Part shown: positions 1 to 9,424 of the stretch, piece by piece
Numbering within the stretch: the first letter of the stretch is position 1
Layout: every line of letters starts with the position of its first letter
Assembly: GCA_944384555.1 (NCBI GenBank)
Contig: CALWTV010000209.1
Span: 1 to 34,511, forward strand
Direction: 5' to 3'
Length of the DNA stretch: 34,511 nt
Source: an uncultured Clostridia bacterium
GTDB taxonomy: Bacteria; Bacillota; Clostridia; Oscillospirales; CAG-272
The notes under the pieces: generated by a model
Told to the model about the DNA's origin: nothing
The model's input: the letters and a program-made list of their open reading frames with translations, nothing else
Databases searched by the model: none
Program-made: the position numbers and the translations under genes

Positions 1-1
1 G

Positions 2-2386
2 CCAGATTACCTTGTCGCCGCATTCGACCTCCGCGCTCCTACATTCAGACATATTAAATTTGAGGAATACAAGGCAGGACGCAAAGGTATGCCCGATGAA
101 CTCGCAATGCAGCTTCCATACGCAAAAGATACGCTGTCCGCTATGGGATTTCACATAATCGAAAAAGAGGGCTATGAAGCTGATGATATTCTCGGTACTC
201 TTGCCGCTGCTGCTGATAAAACCAGCAGTATTCAGACATATCTGCTTACCGGAGACCGCGATTCCCTTCAGCTAATCAGCGATTACACAACCGTTATCTT
301 AGCCAAAACAAAAGAAGATGTATATTTCGACAAAGAACATTTCTTTAATGAATATGGTGTTAAACCGGAACAGTTTGTTGATGTAAAAGCGCTTATGGGA
401 GATAGTTCGGACAACATCCCCGGGGTTGCCGGTATAGGCGAAAAGACTGCATTAAAGCTTATTGCGGAGTTTGGCTCACTCGATTCTCTTTATTCAAAAT
501 TAGACGATAGCAGTATTTCTACAAGCATTAAAAATAAACTCATTTCTGGAAAGGAAAGCGCGTTTTTATCTCGGGAACTTGCGGAAATTTGCAAATGTGC
601 TCCAATTTCCTGCGATTTAGATGATTATAAAACATCGGGAATAAACAAATCCGCATTAAAGCCACTATTTGAAAAATTAGAGTTTTCGGTGTTTATAAAA
701 AAATTTGGACTCGATACTATTGAAGTTACGGATTCGTGCGATAATAGTATTTTAAATGAGATGAAAATTACGGAGTGTGAAAGCTCACTGCCGAATTTTG
801 ACAGTGATGAGTTTATCGTAAAAATTTCAGATAACAGCGACTGTTTAATCATATACGACTGTACAAATAAGAATTGTATTCGGGCTAAAATCGATATCTG
901 CCGCAGTTTTCTTGAAAAAAATCCGGTTATTTGCCACGATTTTAAATCATTTTATATCGCTATGAGAAAAAAAGGATTTTACACTTCGTGTAAATTTGAC
1001 ACCATGCTCGCCGCATATGTGCTAAATCCGGCTGAAAAAAGCTATTCTCTTGAAAGTATTGCGTCTAAATATCTATCGGTAAGCAGCGAAACATCATCTG
1101 ATTATTCTGTTAAGTTTATCTCTGATTTGTATTTTGAGATGAAAGATAAAATTTCGGATTCTGACTGCGCTTCCCTCCTTTATGATATTGAAATTCCGCT
1201 TGCCTCTGTTTTAGCTGATATGGAGATATGTGGATTCAAGGTTGACGTTGATGGTCTTGACAATTACGCAAAATCACTTAAAGTTTTTGAGGACGAGCTT
1301 GCCGAGAGAATTTATATGGCTGCCGGATGTGAATTTAATATCAATTCCCCAAAACAGCTCGGCGAAATATTATTTGAAACTCTTATGCTCCCTCACGGCA
1401 AAAAAACAAAAACCGGATATTCAACAAACGCGGAAATTCTTGAAAAACTTCGTCCGTATCATTCCATTATAGGTGATATTCTTGATTACCGGCAGGCGGC
1501 AAAGCTCCGCGCAACTTACGGCGAAGGACTTTCAAAAGTCGCTGATGAAAATTCAATTATTCATACAACATTTAATCAAGTTGGTACTGCTACGGGAAGA
1601 CTATCTTCCTCTGAGCCAAACTTACAGAATATCCCGATAAGAACTGAACTCGGAAGAGAACTGCGAAAGTATTTTATTCCAAGAAGCGATGATTACGTTT
1701 TGATTGACGCTGACTACTCGCAAATCGAACTGCGTTTGCTCGCGGACATTTCAGGCGATAAAAACATGATTAACGCATTTCTTTCCGGTGCCGATATCCA
1801 TACATCTACTGCTTCTCAAGTATTCGGCGTTCCGAAAGACATGGTTACACCAGAATTGAGAAAACGCGCAAAAGCTGTAAATTTCGGTATCGTATACGGA
1901 ATAGGCGATTTCTCTTTAGCTCAAGACCTCGGCATTACTAAAAAAGAAGCCGCTGAATATATAAAAAATTACCTTTCAACTTATCCTGACGTAGAAAAAT
2001 ATCTGAAAAATGCTGTCACTGACGCCCGCCGTCTCGGATATACGGTGACTAAATTCGGACGACGCAGATATATTCCCGAACTTACTGCGCAAAATAAAAA
2101 TGTACAGTCATTCGGTGAAAGAGTTGCAATGAACAGTCCAATTCAAGGGACTGCCGCTGACATAATCAAAATCGCAATGATAAACACTGCTCGGGCATTT
2201 AAAAATGAATGCATTGACGCACGTTTGATTTTACAGGTTCATGATGAGCTTATCGCTGAAGCAAACCGAAATTGTGCTGATAAAGCCGCCGCTGTTCTAA
2301 AGCGTGAAATGGAAAATGCCGCAGTTACTGCTGTTCCTCTTATCGCAGACGTGGCAATAGGCGAAAATTGGTTTGAAAGTAAATAA
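2..2386 (+). CDS. polA: DNA polymerase I (5'-truncated by window edge)
   Basis: Frame is open from position 2 (PDYLVAAFDLRAPTFRH..YKAGR), so the ATG at 89 is internal. 5'-3' exonuclease motifs EADD and LMGDSSDNIPGV; family A polymerase motifs TGRLSS, DYSQIELR, RAKAVNFGIVYG, QVHDEL. Confidence 0.98.
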   Translation, partial: PDYLVAAFDLRAPTFRHIKFEEYKAGRKGMPDELAMQLPYAKDTLSAMGFHIIEKEGYEADDILGTLAAAADKTSSIQTYLLTGDRDSLQLISDYTTVILAKTKEDVYFDKEHFFNEYGVKPEQFVDVKALMGDSSDNIPGVAGIGEKTALKLIAEFGSLDSLYSKLDDSSISTSIKNKLISGKESAFLSRELAEICKCAPISCDLDDYKTSGINKSALKPLFEKLEFSVFIKKFGLDTIEVTDSCDNSILNEMKITECESSLPNFDSDEFIVKISDNSDCLIIYDCTNKNCIRAKIDICRSFLEKNPVICHDFKSFYIAMRKKGFYTSCKFDTMLAAYVLNPAEKSYSLESIASKYLSVSSETSSDYSVKFISDLYFEMKDKISDSDCASLLYDIEIPLASVLADMEICGFKVDVDGLDNYAKSLKVFEDELAERIYMAAGCEFNINSPKQLGEILFETLMLPHGKKTKTGYSTNAEILEKLRPYHSIIGDILDYRQAAKLRATYGEGLSKVADENSIIHTTFNQVGTATGRLSSSEPNLQNIPIRTELGRELRKYFIPRSDDYVLIDADYSQIELRLLADISGDKNMINAFLSGADIHTSTASQVFGVPKDMVTPELRKRAKAVNFGIVYGIGDFSLAQDLGITKKEAAEYIKNYLSTYPDVEKYLKNAVTDARRLGYTVTKFGRRRYIPELTAQNKNVQSFGERVAMNSPIQGTAADIIKIAMINTARAFKNECIDARLILQVHDELIAEANRNCADKAAAVLKREMENAAVTAVPLIADVAIGENWFESK

Positions 2387-2399
2387 TCTTTATTTTTAA

Positions 2400-2427
2400 T
2401 GGGGAGATTTTTTCTCCCTGTTTTTTT
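2400..2427 (+). terminator. Intrinsic terminator after polA
   Basis: GGGGAGA (2401-2407) / TCTCCCT (2413-2419) stem followed by a T7 tract. Confidence 0.8.
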
Positions 2428-2475
2428 ATTTATAAATTTTTATATTTTACTTTTACTTTACAGTTATTTTATCTA

Positions 2476-2504
2476 TTGAAATTTGACTGAATATGTGATA
2501 TATT
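2476..2504 (+). promoter_or_regulatory. Putative sigma-A promoter for the nad cluster
   Basis: TTGAAA-17 bp-TATATT with an extended TGn; AT-rich context lowers specificity. Confidence 0.5.
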
Positions 2505-2620
2505 ATATTTGTATATTTATATCTATTTTTTTTACATAAATTTATTTTTTAATCAATATAAAAATATTTCTCGTCATTCATCAGTGTAATCAAATATATT
2601 TTTTCTAAAGGTGACACATC

Positions 2621-3541
2621 ATGATTTCTAATAATACAAATCAATCAATTGCGGACAAAATAACCAAACTCAAAAAAGAAAAAAATGCCGCAGTTTTATC
2701 TCATTTTTATCAAAATATGGACGTACAAAACGTTGCCGATATTGTGGGCGATTCCCATGAACTCGCAAAAAAGGCATCTTCCCTTAATTGTGATATAATT
2801 GTGCTTTGCGGTGTCAGATTCATGGCTGAAAGCGCAAAAATCTTAAATCCTTCAAAAAAAGTACTCCTTCCCGCTTACAATGCCGGCTGCCCAATGGCTG
2901 ATATGATTTCTCCTGAAGATATCGAAAAATTAAAAGCAGCTCACCCAGATGCCGCAGTCGTATGTTATGTTAATTCAACCGCCGCTACAAAGGCAAAATG
3001 CGATATTTGTTGTACTTCATCTAATGCAGTACGTGTCGTTAAAAGTCTGCCGAATAAAAAAATCATATTTGTACCAGACCAAAATTTGGGACATCATGTT
3101 GCAGCTCAAGTGCCTGAAAAAGAATTCATATTCTACGACGGATTCTGCCCGATTCACAGACAAATCACCGCAGACGATATAAAAAATGCGCGCGCAGCTT
3201 ACCCTAATGCCAAAATCGCTGTTCATCCGGAATGTTTGCCTGAGGTTGTTTCCCTTTCAGATTTTGCAGGTTCTACTTCCCAGATTATTGATTATATAGC
3301 AAATTCAAACGATGATTCTTTCATTATCGGAACCGAAAAAGGCGTTGTTGACCGTATGAAAAATATGTATCAAAATAAAAAGATAGAAATTTTATCTCCA
3401 TGTCTTGTTTGTGAAAATATGAAGAAAACTGACCTATCAATGGTACTTGACGTTCTCGAAAACGAAACAAATGAAATAATCATGTCAGAAGAAGAAATCA
3501 AAAATGCATATGCCCCTCTCAAACGAATGATTTCCGTCTGA
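2621..3541 (+). CDS. nadA: Quinolinate synthase
   Basis: HFYQ, VGDS, CGVRFMAE, YVNS, HPEC motifs; three Fe-S cysteines (AGCPMA, GFCPIH, VCENMK). Confidence 0.97.
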   Translation: MISNNTNQSIADKITKLKKEKNAAVLSHFYQNMDVQNVADIVGDSHELAKKASSLNCDIIVLCGVRFMAESAKILNPSKKVLLPAYNAGCPMADMISPEDIEKLKAAHPDAAVVCYVNSTAATKAKCDICCTSSNAVRVVKSLPNKKIIFVPDQNLGHHVAAQVPEKEFIFYDGFCPIHRQITADDIKNARAAYPNAKIAVHPECLPEVVSLSDFAGSTSQIIDYIANSNDDSFIIGTEKGVVDRMKNMYQNKKIEILSPCLVCENMKKTDLSMVLDVLENETNEIIMSEEEIKNAYAPLKRMISV

Positions 3542-3626
3542 TACTTTTATTAAATTGGACATTAATTAAACTATTATCGAAAGGAATTTATATCTATATT
3601 ATTAGAATATAGAAGTTAATATAATT

Positions 3627-4472
3627 ATGAACGAACTTAATTTTTTTGGATTAACTGATTTTATCAGAAATGCTTTATCCGAAGATATCGGAACCGGTGA
3701 TATTACTACAATTACTACGATAGATAAAAATAAGCGTGCCCACGGACGCTATATCGCAAAAGAAGACGGTATTCTCTGCGGAATAGATATTGTAGCCGCA
3801 GTATATCGTGAAGTTGATCCCTCAATTGAACTCATCAGACATTTTAATGACGGTGATAAAATTAAAAAAGGTGATGTCATTGCCGAAGTTAAAGGAAACG
3901 CAGTAAACTTGCTTACCGGTGAACGTGTCGGTCTTAATCTGCTCCAGCATATGTCCGGAATCGCTACACGTACTTCCGAAGCTATTTCCGCAGTTGCCGG
4001 AACTAATGCCAAGATTGCCGATACTCGCAAAATGACTCCCGGTTTGCGCGTACTTGAAAAATATGCCGTTCGCTGTGGTGGCGGTACAAATCATCGCTTT
4101 AATTTGGCTGACGGTATTCTTATTAAAGATAATCACATAGTCGCCGCAGGTTCTATAACAAATGCGGTAAAATCCGCGCGCAAAAATGCACCCCATACTC
4201 TCAAAATCGAAGTTGAAGTTGAAACTATCGAACAGCTAAATGAAGCCTTAGACGCAGGTGCGGATATAATCATGCTTGATAATATGAGCGTTGAAATGAT
4301 GAGCGAAGCAGTTAAAATCGTAAACGGCAGAGCAGTACTTGAAGCGTCTGGAAACATGGGCGACAGAAATTTGGCCGAAGTCGCATCTTCCGGAGTTGAC
4401 TTAATCAGTATCGGCGCACTGACACACAGCGTTCGCGCACTTGATATAAGTCTTAAATTCGTAATCGAATAA
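3627..4472 (+). CDS. nadC: Quinolinate phosphoribosyltransferase (nicotinate-nucleotide pyrophosphorylase, carboxylating)
   Basis: ALSEDIG.GDIT, DTRKMTPGLR, HRFNL.D.ILIKDNH, IEVEVE, IMLDN, EASGN motifs. Confidence 0.97.
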   Translation: MNELNFFGLTDFIRNALSEDIGTGDITTITTIDKNKRAHGRYIAKEDGILCGIDIVAAVYREVDPSIELIRHFNDGDKIKKGDVIAEVKGNAVNLLTGERVGLNLLQHMSGIATRTSEAISAVAGTNAKIADTRKMTPGLRVLEKYAVRCGGGTNHRFNLADGILIKDNHIVAAGSITNAVKSARKNAPHTLKIEVEVETIEQLNEALDAGADIIMLDNMSVEMMSEAVKIVNGRAVLEASGNMGDRNLAEVASSGVDLISIGALTHSVRALDISLKFVIE

Positions 4473-4545
4473 AAATTTTAAAGCAAGGGGAATAAAGCAG
4501 AACTTTTATCAAAAAATTATTAACGTTCTGTTTTTGTAAAATATT

Positions 4546-6084
4546 ATGCGTCGTTATCTTTACAGTTGTGACAGCTCAAAACTGCCTAGAATTAATTATG
4601 ATGTACTTATTATCGGAAGCGGTATCGCTGGACTTTACGCATCACTCCACATCGATCCGTCATTAAAATGCGCCGTTATCACAAAAGTTGACCTCGAAAA
4701 CAGCAATTCATGGCTTGCTCAGGGCGGCATTGCGGCGGTTATTGCTCCCGATGATAAATTTGAATCTCACGTTGAGGATACTCTCAAAGCTGGCGCAGGT
4801 TTATGTGATGAAAATGCTGTCCGTGTTCTCGTTGAAGAAGGTCCTCAAAATATTAAAGAACTTATCGAATTGAACGTACCGTTTGATACAAATCCCGAAG
4901 GTGAACTTCAAATTACACGTGAAGGCGGTCATTCCTGCCGAAGAATAGTTCACTGCGGCGGTGACGCTACCGGACGTGAAACTACACGCCGTCTCGGTGA
5001 AATCGCGCTTGAACGCAAAAACGTTTCCGTATTGTTCAGAACATATTTGATTGATATTCTTACTGACAACGGAAAGGCTTATGGTGCGCTTGTCTATGAC
5101 AATGAACCTAAAATTCTTGTCGCTCCTAATATAATTATTTCAACTGGCGGTATCGGAAACTTATATAATTACACCACAAATCCACGCGGTGCTGTCGGTG
5201 ACGGTATTGCTTCCGCTGAACGTGCCGGAGCTGTAATTGAAAATATGGAAATGGTTCAGTTCCACCCAACTACTCTTATCTCTCCTCAACACAGCGACAG
5301 ACTCTTCCTTATTTCGGAAGCAGTCCGCGGAGAGGGCGGTATTCTTAAAAATCATCAGGGAGAGGCGTTCATGCGTGACGTTCACCCGATGAAAGACTTA
5401 GCTCCCCGCGATATAGTTACGCGCGCCATTTTGGCTGAACTCAAACGCACTGGAGAAACAAATGTATTCCTCGATGTATCTTCAATGACAGATGAATTTT
5501 TCTCAAAGAGATTCCCTACTATATATGGTGAATGTCAGCATTTCGGAATAAATGTACCTAAAGATATGATTCCAGTTCGTCCGGCTCAGCATTATCTGAT
5601 GGGTGGAATTAAAACCGATATAAACGGTATGACAAATATTGACGGATTGTATGCCTGCGGCGAATGTGCCTGCACGGGAATTCACGGCGCAAATCGTTTG
5701 GCTAGTAACTCCGTTCTTGAATGCCTTGTATTCGGACGCAGAGCCGCACGTCACATATGCGCGTCAAACCGTTCCTTAAACAGAGATGAAGTCTTGGATT
5801 TTGATACATTTGTTGAAGGACGTGATGTCGGAATCGGTGAAGCCGCTGAGGTACGCCGTGTTATCCGCGATACTATGACCGAATATGCAAACGCAGTGCG
5901 TACTACTGCCGGAATAAAAAAAGGCTACGATATTATCGCTGGTATTTTAGAAAAATATGAGTCAGTTGCGCTCCATTCACCGGCGGCATATGAAATTTAT
6001 AATATGGCAGAATCCGCTATGATGGTATTCAGAGGTGCTATGGCACGTAAAGAAAGTGTCGGCGCTCACTATTTGGTTGACTGA
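4546..6084 (+). CDS. nadB: L-aspartate oxidase
   Basis: GSGIAGL FAD motif, AQGGIAA, REGGHS, QFHPT, LISEAVRGEG, LAPRDIV, HYLMGGI, HGANRLASNS; adjacent to nadA and nadC. Confidence 0.96.
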   Translation: MRRYLYSCDSSKLPRINYDVLIIGSGIAGLYASLHIDPSLKCAVITKVDLENSNSWLAQGGIAAVIAPDDKFESHVEDTLKAGAGLCDENAVRVLVEEGPQNIKELIELNVPFDTNPEGELQITREGGHSCRRIVHCGGDATGRETTRRLGEIALERKNVSVLFRTYLIDILTDNGKAYGALVYDNEPKILVAPNIIISTGGIGNLYNYTTNPRGAVGDGIASAERAGAVIENMEMVQFHPTTLISPQHSDRLFLISEAVRGEGGILKNHQGEAFMRDVHPMKDLAPRDIVTRAILAELKRTGETNVFLDVSSMTDEFFSKRFPTIYGECQHFGINVPKDMIPVRPAQHYLMGGIKTDINGMTNIDGLYACGECACTGIHGANRLASNSVLECLVFGRRAARHICASNRSLNRDEVLDFDTFVEGRDVGIGEAAEVRRVIRDTMTEYANAVRTTAGIKKGYDIIAGILEKYESVALHSPAAYEIYNMAESAMMVFRGAMARKESVGAHYLVD

Positions 6085-6086
6085 TA

Positions 6087-7280
6087 ATGGCTGAGTCTTT
6101 GTTAAATCAATCAATTTCACCGTCTTCTCCGGTATCAGTCTCAGTTTGCGATAAATATGACGCCGAAACAATTAAAAATATTCTAAAAAATCAATTTTCT
6201 GCTCTTGGAATTTCTGAAAATTATTTTAAAAATAAAAAGGTTGTAATAAAACCTAACCTCGTCATGAAAAAAAGTGCAGAGGCGGCGGCTACTACTCATC
6301 CTGCTATGATTGAGGCGCTTTCTTCCCTGCTTTGTGAACTCGGTGGACATGAAATTATTATCGCTGAAAGTCCCGGCGGTATATATTCAGAATCAAATCT
6401 AAAATCAATATACAAAGTCTGCGGCATCGAAGAAGCAGCATTTAAATCTGGAATATCGCTTAATTTTGACACAGGGTTCAAGGAAATTAAATATCCAGAC
6501 GGAATAGTTTCAAAATCATATAATATCATAAATCCCATAGCTGACGCTGATATTATAATAAATCTCTGTAAATTAAAGTCTCATTCGCTTACAAAAATGA
6601 GCTGTGCAGTTAAAAATCTTTTCGGAGTCATTCCTGGTGTGCAAAAATTTGAAATGCACGCGCGTTTTCCTAATCTGCCCGATTTTTCCGCTATGCTTGT
6701 AGATTTATGTAAATGTGTCTGCCAAATGCATGAAGTTATCCATATAGCAGACGCAATTGTCGGCATGGAAGGCAATGGTCCTACCGGAGGAAATCCACGG
6801 TTCATCGGTGCGATTATTTCTAGCCGTAATCCGTATAATCTTGATTTGTCAGCGGCTGATTTACTCGGTTTTGATGATGCACCGCTTATAAAATGCGCAT
6901 ATGAACGCGGATTCTGCCCTAAGTCAAATGCAGAATTGGCTTTCACCGAAAATTCTGTTTTTCCGCAGAAAATTAATGATTTTGTTATGCCGGATTCGGT
7001 TCATCATAAAAATTTTTTCACCATTTTCCCTGATATTATGGGCGGAAATTTAGTAAAAATATTAGAACCTCATCCGAAAATCAATTATAAAACCTGTGTT
7101 GGTTGCGGCGATTGCGTGCGTTCGTGTCCTGTGCATACTATTGATTTTGTTACGATAAAAAATAAGCGAAAAGCTAAAATAAAGCGCGATAAATGTATAA
7201 AATGCTTTTGTTGTCAGGAATTATGCCCTCATAAAGCAGTTTATATTGTTAAAAATCCAATTTTATCTATATTGAAGTGA
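6087..7280 (+). CDS. DUF362 domain protein with C-terminal 2x[4Fe-4S] ferredoxin domain
   Basis: VVIKPNLV, TTHP, KLKSH, KNLFG motifs; two CxxCxxCxxxCP motifs (CVGCGDCVRSCP, CIKCFCCQELCP). Confidence 0.88.
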   Translation: MAESLLNQSISPSSPVSVSVCDKYDAETIKNILKNQFSALGISENYFKNKKVVIKPNLVMKKSAEAAATTHPAMIEALSSLLCELGGHEIIIAESPGGIYSESNLKSIYKVCGIEEAAFKSGISLNFDTGFKEIKYPDGIVSKSYNIINPIADADIIINLCKLKSHSLTKMSCAVKNLFGVIPGVQKFEMHARFPNLPDFSAMLVDLCKCVCQMHEVIHIADAIVGMEGNGPTGGNPRFIGAIISSRNPYNLDLSAADLLGFDDAPLIKCAYERGFCPKSNAELAFTENSVFPQKINDFVMPDSVHHKNFFTIFPDIMGGNLVKILEPHPKINYKTCVGCGDCVRSCPVHTIDFVTIKNKRKAKIKRDKCIKCFCCQELCPHKAVYIVKNPILSILK

Positions 7281-7284
7281 AAAT

Positions 7285-8166
7285 ATGATTTTAAAATGTA
7301 TTGCCCCCGCAAAAATCAATCTTTATCTTGATGTACTTGCCAAAAGAGCCTGCGACGGCTACCATGAAATTGAAAGCGTTATGCAGTCGGTTTCTTTATG
7401 CGATAATATAACCATTTCTATAAATAAATCTAATGACTTCTCGCTGTCGGTGTCATGTTCAGATAAAAACGTTCCGTCAAATGAAAAAAATCTCGCTTAT
7501 CGAGCAGCGGCTTCTTATTTTTCATTGATTGACACATCTAATCGTAATTATGATGTAAATATATATATAGAAAAAAAAATACCCGCTCAGGCTGGTTTAG
7601 GCGGCGGAAGCTCTGACGCGGCTGCTGTGCTTAATTTGCTTAACTCATTCTTCGATAACCGATTTGATACTGATGAATTATGCAAAATCGGTGCGTCTTT
7701 AGGTGCGGATATTCCATTTTGTATCGTGGGCAACACTGCTGTAACACGCGGAATCGGCGATATTATAACCCCGATTTCATGCAAGTCTGAATTAAATTTT
7801 GTTGTGGCAATCGGAAAAGACCGCGTTTCTACACCTGATGCTTTCCGATTGCTTGATGATAAATTCGGTATAAATCCCGATAGTTTTGGAAAAATCCAAA
7901 ATATAGTTTCCGCACTTGAACAAGGACAAATTGAAAAAATCAGGAATTCTCTATACAATAAATTTGAATATGTTATTATACCAAAATGTGAATCTGTCAG
8001 CAAAATTAAAGCACTTATGATTGATTTTGGTGCAGAAGCTTCTCTCATGAGTGGAAGCGGGTCAAGTGTATTCGGAATTTTTTCATCTTATAATGACGCT
8101 CTGTCAGCTGAAAAAAAACTCAGTAATCTCGGTTTATTGTCATTTTCATGCAAATCTATTCTTTAA
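7285..8166 (+). CDS. ispE: 4-diphosphocytidyl-2-C-methyl-D-erythritol kinase
   Basis: APAKINLYL, GYHEI, IPAQAGLGGGSSDAA (GHMP kinase), GADIPF, MSGSGS. Confidence 0.95.
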   Translation: MILKCIAPAKINLYLDVLAKRACDGYHEIESVMQSVSLCDNITISINKSNDFSLSVSCSDKNVPSNEKNLAYRAAASYFSLIDTSNRNYDVNIYIEKKIPAQAGLGGGSSDAAAVLNLLNSFFDNRFDTDELCKIGASLGADIPFCIVGNTAVTRGIGDIITPISCKSELNFVVAIGKDRVSTPDAFRLLDDKFGINPDSFGKIQNIVSALEQGQIEKIRNSLYNKFEYVIIPKCESVSKIKALMIDFGAEASLMSGSGSSVFGIFSSYNDALSAEKKLSNLGLLSFSCKSIL

Positions 8167-8183
8167 AATAACGGAGGTTCTTT

Positions 8184-9362
8184 ATGTATTCTAAAAATGA
8201 AAATATTGATTCAGAAATTTACTACGGTCTCGCCAAAGACGAACAGCAAGATGATTTAATAGATTTCATAAATTATGTATTTGGATTTGATGCCGCTGAC
8301 GGCGGTTTTTACGGAATTCTTCCCAAGCTTTATAATAAAGAATACCACCCATGCGAAAATAACTATGTTGTTATCGAAAATGACCGATTTAAAGCCGCTA
8401 TCGGCGCATATTCTGAAGATTTATCTGTATGTGGCACGATTTTAAAACGCCGCGGAATAGGAAATGTTGCCGTTCACCCATTCAGCCGCTCAAAAGGATA
8501 CATGAAAAAGCTCATGAACATGGCGATTGAGGATATGATAAATGACGGAATAGATATATCTGACCTCGGCGGCAGACGTCACAGATACGGTTGGTTCTCT
8601 TACGAAAAAGCGGGCGTTGCTATGAATTTTTCAATTAACGGTCACAATCTTCGCTATTGTTTTAGCGATACTCCCAAAAAAGAAATTGAACTTCGTCCTG
8701 TTGAAAAAAATGATTCCGATATTCTCGATAAAATCTGCGCTTTACAGGAAAAAGAACCTTTACATATGATTCGTGAACGCGAACGCTTTTATGATATCGC
8801 TGTTTCATGGAGAAATAAAATAACTGCGTTTTTTATTGATGGCGAATTTGTCGGATATACAATATACAATGGCAACAGCTTAAAAGAGCTTTCTCTCACT
8901 GACGAATCTCTTTTCATTGATATAATTCGTAATTTTATGGAAAAAAATAATTTATGGGATTTACATATCGAAATTCCGCTTTGTTTTCCTAATCGAATTG
9001 CTCAGATGTATCCAATCGCAGAAAGTTGGCACCCTGATAACGGTGAAATGTATACAATATTTAATTTTAAACGTGTTGTCGGTGCTTTCATGAAATTGAA
9101 ATCTACATATACCACACTCGCTGACGGCGAATTAAACGTACTTATCCACGGAATCGCAAAAGACGAAAACATAAAAATAAGCGTAAAAAATAATGAAGTA
9201 ACACTTACTGATTTTTCCGGAAATCCTGATATCGAGCTTGAACATAAACGTGCAGTTTCTTTCTTCTTTGGAATTTATTCTCCTGATTTATGTGACCTTC
9301 CCGCAAATATAAAATCATGGTTTCCTCTGCCGCTTTACTTATATTCCTCTGACCACGTATAA
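8184..9362 (+). CDS. GNAT-family N-acetyltransferase, Eis-like multi-domain
   Basis: GIGNVAVHPFSRSKGYMKKLM acetyl-CoA motif A; 392 aa length fits tandem GNAT plus C-terminal SCP2-like architecture; ACGGAGG RBS. Confidence 0.78.
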   Translation: MYSKNENIDSEIYYGLAKDEQQDDLIDFINYVFGFDAADGGFYGILPKLYNKEYHPCENNYVVIENDRFKAAIGAYSEDLSVCGTILKRRGIGNVAVHPFSRSKGYMKKLMNMAIEDMINDGIDISDLGGRRHRYGWFSYEKAGVAMNFSINGHNLRYCFSDTPKKEIELRPVEKNDSDILDKICALQEKEPLHMIRERERFYDIAVSWRNKITAFFIDGEFVGYTIYNGNSLKELSLTDESLFIDIIRNFMEKNNLWDLHIEIPLCFPNRIAQMYPIAESWHPDNGEMYTIFNFKRVVGAFMKLKSTYTTLADGELNVLIHGIAKDENIKISVKNNEVTLTDFSGNPDIELEHKRAVSFFFGIYSPDLCDLPANIKSWFPLPLYLYSSDHV

Positions 9363-9373
9363 TTTTAAATAAT

Positions 9374-9412
9374 AAAAATTGCCGGTAACGAAAATTACCG
9401 GCATTTCTTTTT
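9374..9412. terminator. Bidirectional intrinsic terminator
   Basis: TGCCGGTAA (9380-9388) / TTACCGGCA (9395-9403) perfect stem flanked by A and T tracts, between convergent genes. Confidence 0.85.
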
Positions 9413-9424
9413 AAAAATATTAAA

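Noticed and set aside
720-1200. Short, degenerate 3'-5' exonuclease region of PolA
   Set aside because: Loss of proofreading motifs is normal for Bacillota PolA.
2430-2620. NiaR/NrtR operator or riboswitch upstream of nadA
   Set aside because: No convincing palindrome or conserved structure is visible; the sequence is simply AT-rich.
3603-3605. In-frame TAG in the hairpin loop upstream of nadC as a recoding site
   Set aside because: There is no upstream start codon in that frame after the SD, NadC appears complete from 3627, and TAG ends other genes here (trmL, 22043 gene).
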